Positions 19,512 to 20,000 of a stretch of 20,000 bases of DNA are shown one piece after another. Both the position numbers and the translations under genes were made by a program. Below the pieces are notes generated by a model. The model did not search any database. It was not told the DNA's origin and saw only the letters and a program-made list of their open reading frames with translations. The stretch spans positions 59,325 to 79,324 of the forward strand of contig MU271373.1 in the NCBI GenBank assembly GCA_021432655.1, in the 5' to 3' direction. The DNA is from Atractiella rhizophila. Lineage: Eukaryota. The number at the start of each line of letters is the position of its first letter. The stretch's first letter is position 1.

Positions 19512-20000
19512 ATGCCGAAGGCTCCAAGGAACGCTTCAAAAACGTACGCCATCATGCTCCTCCCGTCCACTCTGATGTTATTAATTTCTCTGTCGGCAGC
19601 TACAAGGTCCCTCGTCGACCATTCGAGGCTCCCCGTCTCGACTCCGAGCTTCGTCTCGCTGGAGAATACGGTCTCCGAAACAAGCGAGAGATTTGGCGTA
19701 TCTCTCTCATCCTGTCCAAGATTCGACGAGCTGCTCGTGAACTTCTCAAGTTGGAGGACAAGGATCCCAAGAGGCTCTTCGAGGGTAATGCGTTGATTAG
19801 GAGGTTGGTCAGGATCGGGGTGTTGGATGAGAATAGGATGAGGCTCGACTATGTGCTTGCCCTCAAAATCGAGGATTTCATGGAGAGGAGGCTCCAGACT
19901 CAGGTCTTCAAGTCCGGTCTCGCGAAGAGCATTCATCACGCTAGGGTCCTCATCAGGCAGAGGCACATTCGGTCCGCAACTTGCTCATTCATACAAGCAT
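19512..20000 (+). CDS. RPS9: 40S ribosomal protein S9 (uS4), 5' part
   Basis: [45 protein letters not shown]...[69 protein letters not shown]. Intron 19544-19599; a second intron starts near 19972. Confidence 0.97.

Noticed and set aside
19304..19966. 220-aa antisense ORF over RPS9
   Set aside because: Typical shadow ORF from the biased codon usage of a highly expressed gene; the sense strand is clearly uS4.

Overview
Gene-dense, intron-rich eukaryotic DNA. Introns of about 50-75 nt with GT..CTRAC..YAG signals and the gene content point to a fungus, most likely a basidiomycete (inference). Manually spliced gene models, left to right: a Zn(II)2Cys6 transcription factor (-, 3' end runs off the window); an acyl-protein thioesterase/phospholipase-carboxylesterase (-); mitochondrial ribosomal protein mL41 (+); a full-size ABCG transporter (-); a hypothetical protein (-); a ~160-aa secreted protein (-); an HSL-family alpha/beta hydrolase (-); cysteine desulfurase NFS1 (-); and the divergent ribosomal protein pair RPL21 (-) / RPS9 (+, truncated by the window). 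The most striking feature is invisible in the ORF track: the transcription factor's Zn-cluster and linker region reassembles in frame from ten consecutive micro-exons of 4-32 nt, with one GC-AG intron. Other points of interest are an intron-split start codon in RPL21, a consensus splice donor just upstream of the RPS9 ATG, and a 661-nt ABC-gene intron containing a perfect 69-bp tandem duplication. I found no prokaryotic-type system, CRISPR array, tRNA/rRNA or intact transposon. All exon models were derived by eye and need RNA-seq confirmation.
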